Assembly (NCBI RefSeq): GCF_964355755.1
Contig: NC_092674.1
Location: 15,128,001-15,192,000 of the forward strand
Reading direction: 5' to 3'
DNA from: Antedon mediterranea
Lineage: Eukaryota; Animalia; Echinodermata
DNA length: 64,000 bases
In this document: piece by piece, positions 50,786 to 64,000 of the stretch
Numbering within the stretch: position 1 is the first letter of the stretch
Layout: every line of letters begins with the position of its first letter
Position numbers and translations under genes: made by a program
The notes under the pieces: generated by a model
Databases searched by the model: none
The model's input: only the letters and a program-made list of their open reading frames with translations
What the model was told of the DNA's origin: nothing

Positions 50786-51945
50786 TTGATATTAAGGCTT
50801 ATGCTGATATTAAGGCTTATGCTGATATTAAGGCCCATGCTGATATTAAGGCCCATGCTGATATTAAGGCCCATGCTGATATTAAGGCCCACGCTGATAT
50901 TAAGGCCCACGCTGATATTAAGGCCCACGCTGATATTAAGGCCCACGCTGATATTAAGGCCCACGCTGATATTAAGGCCCACGCTGATATTAAGGCCCAC
51001 GCTGATATTAAGGCCCACGCTGATATTAAGGCCCACGCTGATATTAAGGCCCACGCTGATATTAAGGCCCACGCTGATATTAAGGCCCACGCTGATATTA
51101 AAGGCCAGGTGCGGGCAAAAAATTTCTATTGATCATACATTCCAATAATTATCGACCTATAATTTCCCCTATGTTTCATAATTTTTGGGATTTTATTTGT
51201 GTTGCAGGAGCTTTTTGAAAATTAGCACTTTCATATCAGTGGGGGGATAGTTCAAATTACACAGTAAAATCTCTATTCTTTTGTACACAAATTTTGAAAA
51301 TAGAGAGGCATTTTAAAAAGCTATGAAAAATAAACGGTGTGGTAAAAAATGTTATCAGATGACTAAATATAGGTAATATAACTTGAATTTTACATTTCTG
51401 TTATTTTTATTCAACTTCAGAATTTTATTTACATGCTATAGCAAAAATTATCCACCGTATATCCACCATCTTTTTTCACCTTCTAGGGAGTCACCAGAAA
51501 TGTTATTACATTATGTTAACTACAACTACTGAAAAAAAGTCTTCCTGGTTTTTTTGGCAGAATTTTGCCAAATTTTGTATTTGACCATATTAGGGAAAAT
51601 TCATGGTTTTTCATCTTGATTTCTGTTACAAATATTTGATTTATGTACAATTAACCAGATATTATATTTAAAATTCATGCCTCTACCTGAGCTTTAAGGC
51701 CCACGCTGATATTAAGGCCCACGCTGATATTAAGGCCCACGCTGATATTAAGGCCCACGCTGATATTAAGGCCCACGCTGATATTAAGGCCCACGCTGAT
51801 ATTAAGGCCCACGCTGATATTAAGGCCCACGCTGATATTAAGGCCCACGCTGATATTAAGGCCCACGCTGATATTAAGGCCCACGCTGATATTAAGGCCC
51901 ACGCTGATATTAAGGCCCATGCTGATATTAAGGCCCATGCTGATA
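50786..51945 (+). repeat. 18-bp minisatellite split by an insertion
   Basis: (gctgatattaaggcccay)n at 50786-51101 and 51694-51945. Confidence 0.97.
51102..51693. mobile_element. 592-bp TTAA-targeting (Kolobok-like) non-autonomous element
   Basis: TTAA at 51098-51101 and 51694-51697; imperfect TIRs aggccaggtgcgggca and tgcctctacctgagct; absent from the array at 61284-61887. Confidence 0.85.
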
Positions 51946-52571
51946 AAAAAAAAAATTTAGTTTAAGTGCTTTGATTTGATTATCATTAGTCTTTGAAAAA
52001 TATTTAGAAAGTTTATAGATTTTTCATTAATCATGTTAGTAAGTAAAAAAAAACAATTTTATTTATGACTAAAGAATACTTGTATTTTTAAATCCATTCA
52101 AAACAGCAAGAGTAATAATGAGACCCGATTGTTTATATTTACATACGTTTAAGAATTTTCTTGTTTGCTAAGTAATTCAATAATGATTCCTAGTAATTTT
52201 ACTTTGATAACAAATCTTCAAAATATATGTTGATGTATGTTTTCATATTGAATATGAGGATATTGTATTGTATTTCAAGTTTTTCACTTGTTAAATTAAT
52301 GTGTGCTGAATCTCTGTCATTGAGAAACAATATGCCATGGACATACCTGATAGATTGCCATATTGGTTGCAAACAACAGTTGTTTTAATTAGTGCAAATG
52401 TTTATTAACCTTTATGTTAATAAAGTATGTAATTTCAAACAATTGGTTATTCAATTGATATTTCTTTTTTTCTGTTGAATTGAAAAAAGTTGAACAATTA
52501 AATATACTGATTGAAATTATTTTAAAATAGAATCTCTTATTGTCCATTTAACTGGTTCTTCACATTGATTG

Positions 52572-52991
52572 AGTCCACGGTTGCATAGATTAACGCCAAG
52601 CAGTTAATGCATTTGTCCACGATAAGACAGTCTAAATCTATACACTAAATGTGCATCCCTTCTTCATTAGTAGTCCACGGTTGCATAGATTAACGCCAAG
52701 CAGTTAATGCATTTGTCCACGATAAGACAGTCTAAATCTATACACTAAATGTGCATCCCTTCTTCATTAGTAGTCCACGGTTGCATAGATTAACGTCAGG
52801 CAGTTAATCCATTTGTCCACGATAAGACAGTCTAAATCTGTACACTAAATGTGTATCCCTTCTTCATTGCTAGTCCACGGTTGCATAGATTAACGTCAGA
52901 CAGTTAATGCATTTGTCCACGATAAGACAGTCTAAATCTATACACTAAATGTGCATCCCTTCTTCATTGATAGTCCATGGTTGCATAGATT
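52572..52991 (+). repeat. 100-bp tandem repeat, ~4.2 units
   Basis: agtccacggttgcatagatt recurs every 100 bp; the copy at 62490-62610 has only ~1.2 units. Confidence 0.95.
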
Positions 52992-54559
52992 ATTATTATT
53001 GCATGTTTATTCACATATTTTTTTTATTAATTATATTTTCAGCCTCTGCTATGATTAGTACCAAGTATTGTTAATCAGTCACCACTTCTCAGAGTCATGC
53101 TTTCAACAAGTCTTACTTCACAATTTGATGTCTTTTAAAGGTAATATATTGGTCATCTCAATATTGATTTATGTTTTAAACCATCAGATAATAGTGCTAG
53201 TAATAATTGTAGCAGTACAATTAGAAATTAAATTTAGTTAATTTGAAATGCCCAAATTCAATTTAGCTTTCCCTTCCCCATCAGCTGTTCTTGTTTGGGT
53301 ACATTGTTAAAAATCACAATATATGATACACAGAAATACAGTCTGTTTAGGTCATGAAAATGAATAATGCATTAACAATGTTATAAGTTTTATTAGTATA
53401 CTAATGACTGAATATAATGGGTTTTTTTTAAACAGTGATAATGGATAAGAAAGAGGATAATCTAGAAGTGGAAGTGGAAACAAGATGAACAATACATTTA
53501 GGAAGAAGAAAAAAAGGAGATGATTGAATATAACTATATAGTCTATATTTTCATACACATTAATTCATGTTAAAACAAAATGACCATTAAACAATTTTAA
53601 GCCCAATTAAATAGAACAAAGCACCCAAGAAAATGACTAGAAATGTAATTTAACAGGTGAAATTAATTCTAAAGCCAATACAAAGCAAATACATTACAAT
53701 TAAAAATGAAGCGAGAAAAGTGTAATGTAACACATCTGAGAATTGTTAGTAAAGTATTATATTTCAAACCCAAAATTAAAACTTTTTTTAGACAACTTCT
53801 AATGTTTATTAAAATGTGCTTTCATGTTCTTGCACATTTACGATAACATTCTAAAACGTAAAGAGACCGACCCCCACATCAAACACTCTCATCAAATATA
53901 GGCCTACAACACAAAATCTCCAAAGGAAGATTCGTAAGAATGATGTAACAAAAAAGCCTAATGTAAATTATATCTGTTTAACAGAAAATTCAAAGGTATG
54001 TATTTAACTTTTAAACACAGTATGCCTACCCTATGTACCATTAACAATCCACATTTTTTATATATAATTTTTTTTTTCTAGATTTTTCAAACTTCTGGGT
54101 TTGAAATACCCGCAAACAAGCTAAATCAATTTTACAATCCTCTGGAATATACCATAGCAGAAACTTTTGGTTTGCCAGAAAAACAAAAGAATTGGACTAA
54201 AGGCAACTAGAGCTGAGGTGCAGTATAATTGTAGTTATATAGATTCACAGTTTTTTTTACTCGGGATACCAGAGTCTAGGACTCCCTCATCTTCTCCTCT
54301 TCCTCCTCCTCAGTCTGGACACTATTGAGCCAAATTTCAAGTCCTATTAGTTCTTTATGCGACGTCTGACAGCTCTGAAACATGGCATGCATATACTACT
54401 AAAGCTATAGAGAAAATGTTCGTACTTCAACCGGATGCAGAATTATGACGTCAAACATGGTACCAATCGTGCTTGTTTTTAACTGATAAGGTCATATAAA
54501 TGAAATATATTTCATAAATGAAGCACAAGAACATGAAAGTATTACACATCACATCCTTA

Positions 54560-54760
54560 CAGGTTTTCCAATACAAGAGGGGCAAGGTGATGATAGACCG
54601 TAAAAAAAAAATTAAATGTAAGCTGTGGGGAACCCATAGCGAGGCTATTACCGATGCAAACATCGGACACACTGTCACTCTAACTATAATGTTGAGATTG
54701 AGGTCTACAATGACGCTCAACAAATCAAGTCTTTGGATTTGACAACCTTATATAAACGTA
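54560..54760 (+). pseudogene. OB-fold (RPA/SSB-like) exon relic; copy at 37157-37345
   Basis: KGKVMID..KIKCKLWGTHSEAITDANIGHTVTLT/NVEIEVYNDAQQIKS; bounded by cag and gtaag. Confidence 0.5.
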
Positions 54761-56745
54761 AGAAATTAGTTTTAAAAAATATATTCAAAATCACATATTA
54801 CTGTTACAGCATAATGATTTTGGTTCCCTGTATCCAATTTTTGCCAAAAGCTAAAGTTGCAAGATAAGTTCTATCTATATCCAGCTATTTGAGCAAATCA
54901 TTACAGCTTCACTCGCCTTCTTAAAACAAGTAATATGCCTACAAGATGACAAAGAAAAACGTACTTCTCTTTCATTTTCGTCACACGAGTTGATGATTCT
55001 GAAAAAACGTATCAATTGACCATCATGACTGTGGATGAAGAAATTGATCCAGAACCTAAGTATATAAATTCAGATTTACACAAAACAACATTCACTTCAC
55101 TAACGCGAGTTTCTTTTCTTTTCATAGAAAAATTAATCTCCTTACAGAAAGTGATGTTGGTCTACTACGTAAATGTTTTCAAGTCGTTAAACGTGACTGT
55201 TGAAGAATTTACTAACACGTTGCCAATAAAATGGAAAATAATAAAAAATAACGAATCAATTAAGTCAATTCAAATAATGTTAATTCAAATAATGTTAAGA
55301 TATGAATACGTTAAGATATGAATACGTTGTGAAATGAAGATGTTAAGATACCCATGGATGACTTGTTTTGACAGCATATTCTTGTCTGGCTGACTGACCT
55401 GGATGGTGTTTACCTGTGTATTTGGGACCCAGACAGTGGCTAGATAGTGATAATAATTGTTAGACACTCTCTCTCATTCAGGATACTGCAGAGAAAGCAG
55501 GTAGCAAATAATGTTCAATCTTGCACAGTATTACATTGTATCACAATCACAAACAGAAAAATAAAATGCCAAAATAAAGGGTGTAGGTGGAGCTACATTG
55601 GAATAACAGACGATAAATGATTTTACGAATGTGGCATGGCTGGTCCTGAAGTAATGAAATTAACATCCTAGTCACAATTACATATATGTGATTGTGAGTC
55701 AACAGACAGAATTTATGAACTGGAAAAACAACAAAGAATCCATTGAAGATGCAGTACAACATTGAAACAAAGGTTGTCTTCACCCTATCAACGAATAGAG
55801 GTGTGGTAAAACCCTTTCATATAAAGATTTGTTGATTTGTTATTATTATTATATTAGCATGAAGAATGGTTAATTGATTTTAGTGTAGGAATAGTTTACA
55901 ATGAACACCAGACCATGATTTACTGACATTTCTTCTCATTTTTTTTAATGTCTCCTAAAGAAAAGAAGTTACTGTAAATGTAAACCTTTGAACATAGATG
56001 TAAAATTAGCGGTTACTAATCACTTTAAAGAAGAAATTGAACCTGGAACTGTACCAAATATGGAAATTTGTGTAGAGGCAAAACAACATAAATTAAATTA
56101 GATTAAATGTTTAGAGTTGAAAAGAAACATAGCAGATCATTTACAATTAAAAAGAAACAGTGGTTAATGATTTATAATCATAGGTGATTTACAGTTAAAC
56201 AGGAACTGATGATTATAGATGTTAAAAAGGAACATAGTATTAGTAGCAGATCATTTGCAAACCATAAACAGTGGTTAAATACAATTGTTTAGCCATACAC
56301 ATCTTATTAGATCAATTCCATAAACAATATTTGATAATTCCAGATTCTTCAGACGGGACATAAAGCTGTTGGTCACTGCTGTGCGACCTAATAAAATTTA
56401 AAAATGAGTAGAATTGTCATTGTCTCTTTAAAAAAAAAAAAATCACAAAACGGCCAAAAGAAGGTAAGAATCAGATGACTGGAAATGTGTTGCTAAGCAT
56501 CACATAGCAGAAGACAAAGACCTGGATGGGTATTTTGCTGTAAAAAAGAAGAAAAGGGTAACCAATATTTTATGCAGAGTGGTGAAAGTCAGGCATCATT
56601 GCAACAATGGAAAGAAAAAACATTCTTTCGAAATCTGTGAAAAGAGAAAAGAACAGTTTTAAACGAATAAGACACAACACAGACTTCATACATTGACATT
56701 GATCAATGCATTATTAATAATCTAATTAAATAAAAAAAACCCATT

Positions 56746-57040
56746 CATGCTTATCATGATCTCCCATCAGCCGCCCACCAAAGTATTAAACGGACTAAGC
56801 TCTGGTTTGGTATTGAACGATATGTAATAGGCTGCGACATATATAACAGCCATAAAAGGGGGAGCAAGAAAGTCCACTCAGAACAAATTAACAATCACTC
56901 AGGGGCCCCAATGGAAAGTGTTCACATAGACTTTGCAGGACCATTTCCTCAGTCCAGTAGTGGAAATCTGTATGTACTAATGGTAGTGGATCAATTCACA
57001 AAATGGGTAGAGGATTACCCGGTGCCCCGACAGACTGCAT
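56746..57040 (+). pseudogene. Gypsy/Ginger-type integrase fragment (not in the ORF track)
   Basis: HAYHDLPSAAHQSIKRT..WFGI..GCDIY..GAPMESVHIDFAGPFPQSSSGNLYVLMVVDQFTKWVEDYPVP. Confidence 0.85.
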
Positions 57041-60000
57041 ATCTTTATTATCATTAAATTGCAATATACATAATGAAAAGCTTTATTTTCATTATTAGTC
57101 ATCATTTAGTTAGCAAATGATTATTTGAAAAGTATATATTACAATTTTCTTTCCTATCCTCTCCTTCCTCCCAGTATTCTTCTTCTCTACCTCACAACCA
57201 TACTTCTAATCCATCCCTTTCTTGTTTTCCACCTACTCATCCTAATACTACTTCCTCTTCTACTCATTCACCACCATCCTTTCCTTTTTCAACTGATGGA
57301 TTTCAATCCAATTCCTCATCAGTTTCTGATTTTTGTATTTTTTTAATCTTTTCTTTAGGCCTACTACTTTCTCTTTTTCTTATTTTTATACTACTTTCGT
57401 ACTACTGGTGATAATATTTGTATTCATATTTCCCTCTTATTTAATTACATGGGGGGTGGGAGGGATGTGATTAAAGAACTAATTAAATAGGTAAGTACCT
57501 TGATTAATAATACTAACCTTGTCTCGAACATCTTCATGCTTGGTTCTTTGAGTTGATCACTTACCATAAGCACTTAATATATTTTTGGCAGTTTAAAGAC
57601 AATTTATAAAATATACCATTTATATACAAAGGTCTCTTGTATGCAATGTACACACTATTGCTATTGATATTTATTTTTCTGATAAATACATAATACAGTA
57701 GTTATTTTGAACAATTTATCATGCAACACATTTCAAACATATTTCATAAACAAATAAACTGCAATTCTTTCATAACCGTGCATTTAGATTAAATGCACAA
57801 TGCGCTACAAAACTACAAACTCATTTGTACAGAAACAAGCGCTAGAGTAGGCCTATAGTAAAGTCTTCATCAGTATTAACAAAATTAAGCTAAGGAAATC
57901 ATTTAAATTCCTAAATATATACAGTACATTAATATTTTTTAGTTACTAATAATTCTTCATTTCATATAGAATTTGGTGATTCATGTAAGGCTATGATTTG
58001 AATTCAAGTTACGAAACATGCACAGTTGACTATAAATTTGTATCAAAATATACTTTTTATTTTACATTTTCGGAAATTATTTTAAGAGTCACTCCATGAT
58101 ATCTTTTCTAATCTTAGGTAGACTTCCTTCAAGACATGAATGCAGAGAAGCCATGAGAAAACATAAAGTCCTTCAAAGACGGAAGCCAGACAATATCAAA
58201 GATTTTGTGAGGAACCAAATAACCAGATTTAAAAAAAAAATGTTTTTAATCGATTATGCTACTTTATGTATAGACTAGGGCGATAACGATTGACGATAAA
58301 TAGATAATCATACATTTTTCTTGGATAAAAATAAAGAAATTCCAGAACCTAAGTATATAAATTCAGATTTACACAAAACAAAATTCACTTCACTAACGCG
58401 AGTTTCTTTTCTTTTCATAGAAAAACTAATCTCCTTACAGAAAGTGATGAGATGTTGGTCTACGACGTGAATATTTTCAAGTCGTTAAACTCGACTGTTG
58501 AAGAATTTACTAACACGTTGCCAATAAAATGGAAAATAATAAAAAATAACGAATCAATTAAGTCAATTCAAATAATGTTAAGATATGAATACGTTAAGAT
58601 ATGAATGTGAAATGAATATGTTAAGATACCCATGGATGACTTGTTTTGACAGCATATTCTTGTCTGGCTGACTGACCTGGATGGTGTTTACCTGTGTATT
58701 TGGGACCCAGACAGTGGCTAGATAGTGATAATAATTGTTAGACACTCTCATTCAGGATACTGCAGAGAAAGAAGGTAGCAAATATATGAAATACCAGATC
58801 ACTATATATACGTCTAATTTCTGCAGTAGCATCTAATTATAATAACTACAGACTTGGGGCAAGTCTAATTATTATCAGATGTAAATAATAACTCCGTAAT
58901 TGATCCGTTTCACTCAGCGCGTACAAAGCACATCATAGTAATATTAAACTGAAAGGTGTTCTACTAGCACGTTAAACATGACAGGTTGCGCACGTAAAAC
59001 ATCAAAAATATTGCAAAATATTCCATACTTTTAAAAATGATACAGTTTATTAGAATGCGAGGTTACCCCAATTTTTTAAATTTTATTTTGTTACAGGCTA
59101 CATTATTTACATTTAATGTGTAGTGCTACCGACTTTGAAATTAGCGGTACCGGGATTGAATCCCAGCAGGGGAAGTTAAAATTTATGGATTTTTTTAGTT
59201 ACACTGGACAGATAGTTTATTTTTTAATTAGCTAATTCATATCTGAAAAGTACTTAAATGTGCAATTTAACATAACACGTCGTAACTTGGTCAACATAAT
59301 TATAGACACTGAAGTTGTGCAGCCAAACTTCTTGACGCTGTCAGAGCCGCATAGAACAATTTACGCACAGTTTTTTGACTTCGAAACAAATAAATAATCT
59401 TTTTAAGAATGTTTTTCTTTACCTCAACTTGCATCAAGGGGTTCATGACTTACCGAGGAATACGAGGAATCTTTCTTCGAATTTGCTTCAGCGGGTACTT
59501 ATTTGGCTCGATGTGTAGTGCAGTCGACTTTGCTATCAGAGGTACCGGAAAGTATGTGAATGTGTTTGCGGGCGGATAACCAAACTTGTCCTAAATGACA
59601 AGTTTAAATCTAGTTCTACAATTTAAGGCCTACTTTGATTGCATCTTCTTTTTGTATGCTTCCTCGGATAATATGTTCAATTGGTAGGGAATGTTTAAAA
59701 AATCATTTTAGTAGCAATTCACACAATCTACAGCATTTATTTAGAAAAGAGGCCCTCTTTTCAAATTGCAAAAAGTAATCTCTTAAAGAAGCTCAAGAGT
59801 CCAAAAAAAGGAGGAAGAAGATTCTGATTCCCTAATGCCAAACTCTGAATGGGAATACCACACGGAGAAGCATCCTATGTTCAACATTATAACTCTGAGG
59901 ATGAAGCTATAACACTATATACAGTCTTCAGTTTGTTGATTGCAAGAGACAACTTTGAACTGTACTTAACTGCATGCCATAGCACCATTACTGTGCAAGA

Positions 60001-61283
60001 TTGAACATTATATTACATTGTATCACAATCACAAACAGAAAAATAAAATGCCAAAATAAAGGGTGTAGGTGGAGCTACATTGGAATAGCAGACGATAAAT
60101 GATTTTACGAATGTGGCATGGCTGGTCGTGAAGTAATGAAATTGACATCCTAGTCAGAATTACATATATGTGATTGTGAGTCAACAGACAGAATTTATGA
60201 ACTGGAAAAACAACAAAGAATCCATTGAAGATGCAGTACAACATTGAAAGAAAGGTTGTCATCGCCCTATCAATGAATAGAGGTGTGGTAAAACCCTTTC
60301 ATATTATAAAGATTTGTTGTTGATTTGTTATTATTATTATATTAGCATGAAGAATGGTTAATTGATTTTAGTGTAGGAATAGTTTACAATGAACACCAGA
60401 CCATGATTTACTGACATTTCTTCTCATTTTTTTTAATGTATCCTAAAGAAAAGAAATTACTGTAAATGTAAACCAGTTTGAACATAGATGAAAAATCAGC
60501 GGTTACTAATCACTTTAAAGAAGAAATTGAACCTGGAACTGTACCAAATATGGAAATGTGTGTAGAGGCAAAACAATACACATGGTTCAACATAAATTAA
60601 TTAGATTATGTTTAGAGTTGAAAAGAAACATAGCAGATCATTTACAATTAAAAAGAAACAGTGGTTAATGATTTATAAAGAATATTTGATTCTTCAGACG
60701 GGACATAAAGCTCCTAAATTTGTATCAAAATATACTTTTTATTTTACATTTTCGGAAATTATTTTAAGAGTCACTCCATGATATCTTTTCTAATCTTAGG
60801 TAGACTTCCTTCAAGACATGAATGCAGAGAAGCCATGAGAAAACATAAAGTCCTTCAAAGACGGAAGCCAGACAATATCAAAGATTTTGTGAGGAACCAA
60901 ATAACCAGATTTAAAAAAAAAAATGTTTTTAATCGATTATGCTACTTTATGTATAGACTAGGGCGATAACGATTGACGATAAATAGATAATCATACATTT
61001 TTCTTGGATAAAAATAAAGAAATTAGAACAGTGTTTGTTCTAGAACTATAGGATAATCATGTAGGCTGTGTTTGATGTAAATAAAAAAAATCCAATCAAA
61101 TGACGTCATGATCAATAAAAACAATAAAATTGTTGTATTGTAACGATATTATCTACTACTAATCATGACGTCATTTGATTGGACGTGTGGAAATATTATT
61201 TTCATCAAAGGCAGCATAGTGTAAATAGGCCTTTAATATAGAAAGCTATTATCTTGATAAATGCCCTTTGCCTATTTTTCTTG

Positions 61284-61887
61284 TTGATATTAAGGCCCAT
61301 GCTGATATTAAGGCCCATACTGATATTAAGGCCTATGCTGATATTAAGGCCCATGCTGATATTAAGGCCCATGCTGATATTAAGGCCCATGCTGATATTA
61401 AGGCCCATGCTGATATTAAGGCCCATGCTGATATTAAGGCCCATGTTGATATTAAGGCCCATGCTGATATTAAGGCCCATGCTGATATTAAGGCCCATGC
61501 TGATATTAAGGCCCATGCTGATATTAAGGCCCATGCTGATATTAAGGCCCATGCTGATATTAAGGCCCATGCTGATATTAAGGCCTATGCTGATATTAAG
61601 GCCTATGCTGATATTAAGGCCCATGCTGATATTAAGGCCCATGCTGATATTAAGGCCCATGCTGATATTAAGGCCCATGCTGATATTAAGGCCTATGCTG
61701 ATATTAAGGCCTATGCTGATATTAAGGCCCATGCTGATATTAAGGCCTATGCTGATATTAAGGCCTATGCTGATATTAAGGCCTATGCTGATATTAAGGC
61801 CCATGCTGATATTAAGGCCTATGCTGATATTAAGGCCTATGCTGATATTAAGGCCTATGCTGATATTAAGGCCCATGCTGATATTAA
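61284..61887 (+). repeat. 18-bp minisatellite, uninterrupted (~33 units)
   Basis: (gctgatattaaggccyat)n. Confidence 0.97.
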
Positions 61888-64000
61888 TTTGATTTGATTA
61901 TCATTAGTCTTTGAAAAATATTTAGAAAGTTTATAGATTTTTCATTAATCATGTTAGTAAGTAAAAAAAACCAATTTTATTTATGACTAAAGAATACTTG
62001 TTTTTTTAAATCCATTCAAAACAGCAAGAGTAATAATGAGACCCGATTGTTTATATTTACATACGTTTAAGAATTTTCTTGTTTGCTAAGTAATTCAATA
62101 ATGATTCCTAGTAATTTTACTTTGATAACAAATCTTCAAAATATATGTTGATGTATGTTTTCATATTGAATATGAGGATATTGTATTGTATTTCAAGTTT
62201 TTCACTTGTTAAATTAATGTGTGCTGAATCTCTGTCATTGAGAAACAATATGCCATGGACATACCTGATAGATTGCCATATTGGTTGCAAACAACAGTTG
62301 TTTTAATTAGTGCAAATGTTTATTAACCTTTATGTTAATAAAGTATGTAATTTCAAACAATTGGTTATTCAATTGATATTTCTTTTTTTCTGTTGAATTG
62401 AAAAACGTTGAACAATTAAATATACTGATTGAAATTATTTTAAAATAGAATCTCTTATTGTCCATTTAACTGGTTCTTTACATTGATTGAGTCCACGGTT
62501 GCATAGATTAACGCCAAGCAGTTAATGCATTTGTCCACGATAAGACAGTCTAAATCTATACACTAAATGTGCATCCCTTCTTCATTGATAGTCCATGGTT
62601 GCATAGATTATTATTATTGCATGTTTATTCACATATTTTTTTTATTAATTATATTTTCAGTCTCTGCTATGATTAGTACCAAGTATTGTTAATCAGTCAC
62701 CACTTCTCAGAGTCATGCTTTCAACAAGTCTTACTTCACAATTTGATGTCTTTTAAAGGTAATATATTGGTCATCTCAATATTGCTTTATGTTTTAAACC
62801 ATCAGATAATAGTCCTAGTAATAATTGTAGCAGTACAATTAGAAATTAAATTTAGTTAATTTGAAATGCCCAAATTCAATTTTGCTTTCCCTTCCCCATC
62901 AGCTGTTCTTGTTTGGGTACATTGTTAAAAATCACAATATATGATACACAGAAATACAGTCTGTTTAGGTCATGAAAATGAATAATGCATTAACAATGTT
63001 ATAAGTTTTATTAGTATACTAATGACTGAATATAATGGTTTTTTTAAAACAGTGATAATGGATAAAGAAAGAGGATAATCTAGAAGTGGAAGTGGAAACA
63101 AGATGAACAATACATTTAGGAAGAAGAAAAAAAGGAGATGATTGAATATAACTAATAGTCTATATTTTTCATACACATTAATTCATGTTAAAACAAAATG
63201 ACCATTAAACAATTTTAAGCCCAATTAAATAGAACAAAGCACCCAAGAAAATGACTAGAAATGTAATTTAACAGGTGAAATTAATTCTAAAGCCAATACA
63301 AAGCAAATACATTACAATTAAAAATGAAGCGAGAAAAGTGTAATGTAACACATCTGAGAATTGTTAGTAAAGTATTATATTTCAAACCCAAAATTAAAAC
63401 TTTTTTTTAGACAACTTCTAATGTTTATTAAAATGTGGTTTCATGTTCTTGCACATTTACGATAACATTCTAAAACGTAAAGAGAACGACCCCCTTATCA
63501 AACACTCTCATCAAATATAGGCCTACAGCACAAAATCTCTAAAAGAAGATTCGTAAGAATGATGTAACAAAAAAGCCTAATGTAAATTATATCTGTTTAA
63601 CAGAAAATTCAAAGGTATGTATTTAACTTTTAAACACATTATGCCTATCCTATGTACCATTAACAATCCACATTTTTTATATATAATTTTTTTTTCTAGA
63701 TTTTTCAAACTTCTGGGTTTGAAATACCCGCAAACAAGCTAAATCAATTTTACAATCCTCTGGAATATACTATAGCAGAAACTTTTGGTTTGCCAGAAAA
63801 ACAAAAGAATTGGACTAAAGGCAACTAGAGCTGAGGTGCAGTATAATTGTAGTTCCATAGAAAAATTAATCTCGTTACAGAAATGATGTTGGTCTACTAC
63901 GTAAATGTTTTCAAGTCGTTAAACGTGACTGTTGAAGAATTTACTAACACGTTGCCAATAAAATGGAAAATAATAAAAAATAACGAATCAATTAAGTCAA

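Larger units (their letters stand above)
49180..64000 (+). repeat. Scrambled segmental tandem duplication
   Basis: 57142-58340 matches 49180-50422; 58341-58783 matches 55048-55510; 60011-60710 matches 55529-56367; 60711-63855 matches 50112-54237; 63856-64000 matches 55123-55268. Confidence 0.92.

Noticed and set aside
50713-51938. ORFs with repeated GLNISV / LILRPT / DIKAHA peptides (also 61205-61897)
   Set aside because: These arise from an 18-bp minisatellite that is open in several frames on both strands; there is no evidence of coding.
50786-61887. CRISPR-like appearance of the 18-bp and 100-bp arrays
   Set aside because: The units are head-to-tail with no unique spacers, there are no cas genes, and the context is eukaryotic.

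Overview
AT-rich eukaryotic (animal) DNA with GT-AG introns and no prokaryotic operon structure. The repeat families, including a Deu/Nin-type SINE, suggest a marine invertebrate or deuterostome (inference). The window is almost entirely a nested transposable-element graveyard: three decayed two-gene PIF/Harbinger elements (MADF/Myb protein plus transposase), a spliced hAT transposase, a Helitron Rep fragment, and several LINE relics (Rex1/Babar-, CR1/L2-, RTE- and L1/Tx1-like). It also holds a tRNA-derived SINE, many MITEs and fold-backs, and a young full-length Mag-type Gypsy element (22274-27031) inserted into an RTE-like LINE. That element has a 5-bp TSD, a tRNA-Leu PBS and a PPT, and both LTRs end in AA rather than CA. 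From about 49 kb to the end, the sequence is a scrambled segmental duplication (partial extra copy at 36-38 kb) carrying 18-bp and 100-bp VNTRs and relic OB-fold, integrase and possible Ulp1 exons; the copies give filled versus empty insertion sites. The only candidate non-TE gene is a spliced ORF at 47.7-48.8 kb with a possible PD-(D/E)XK-like pattern. All family assignments come from motif recognition by eye, not database searches.
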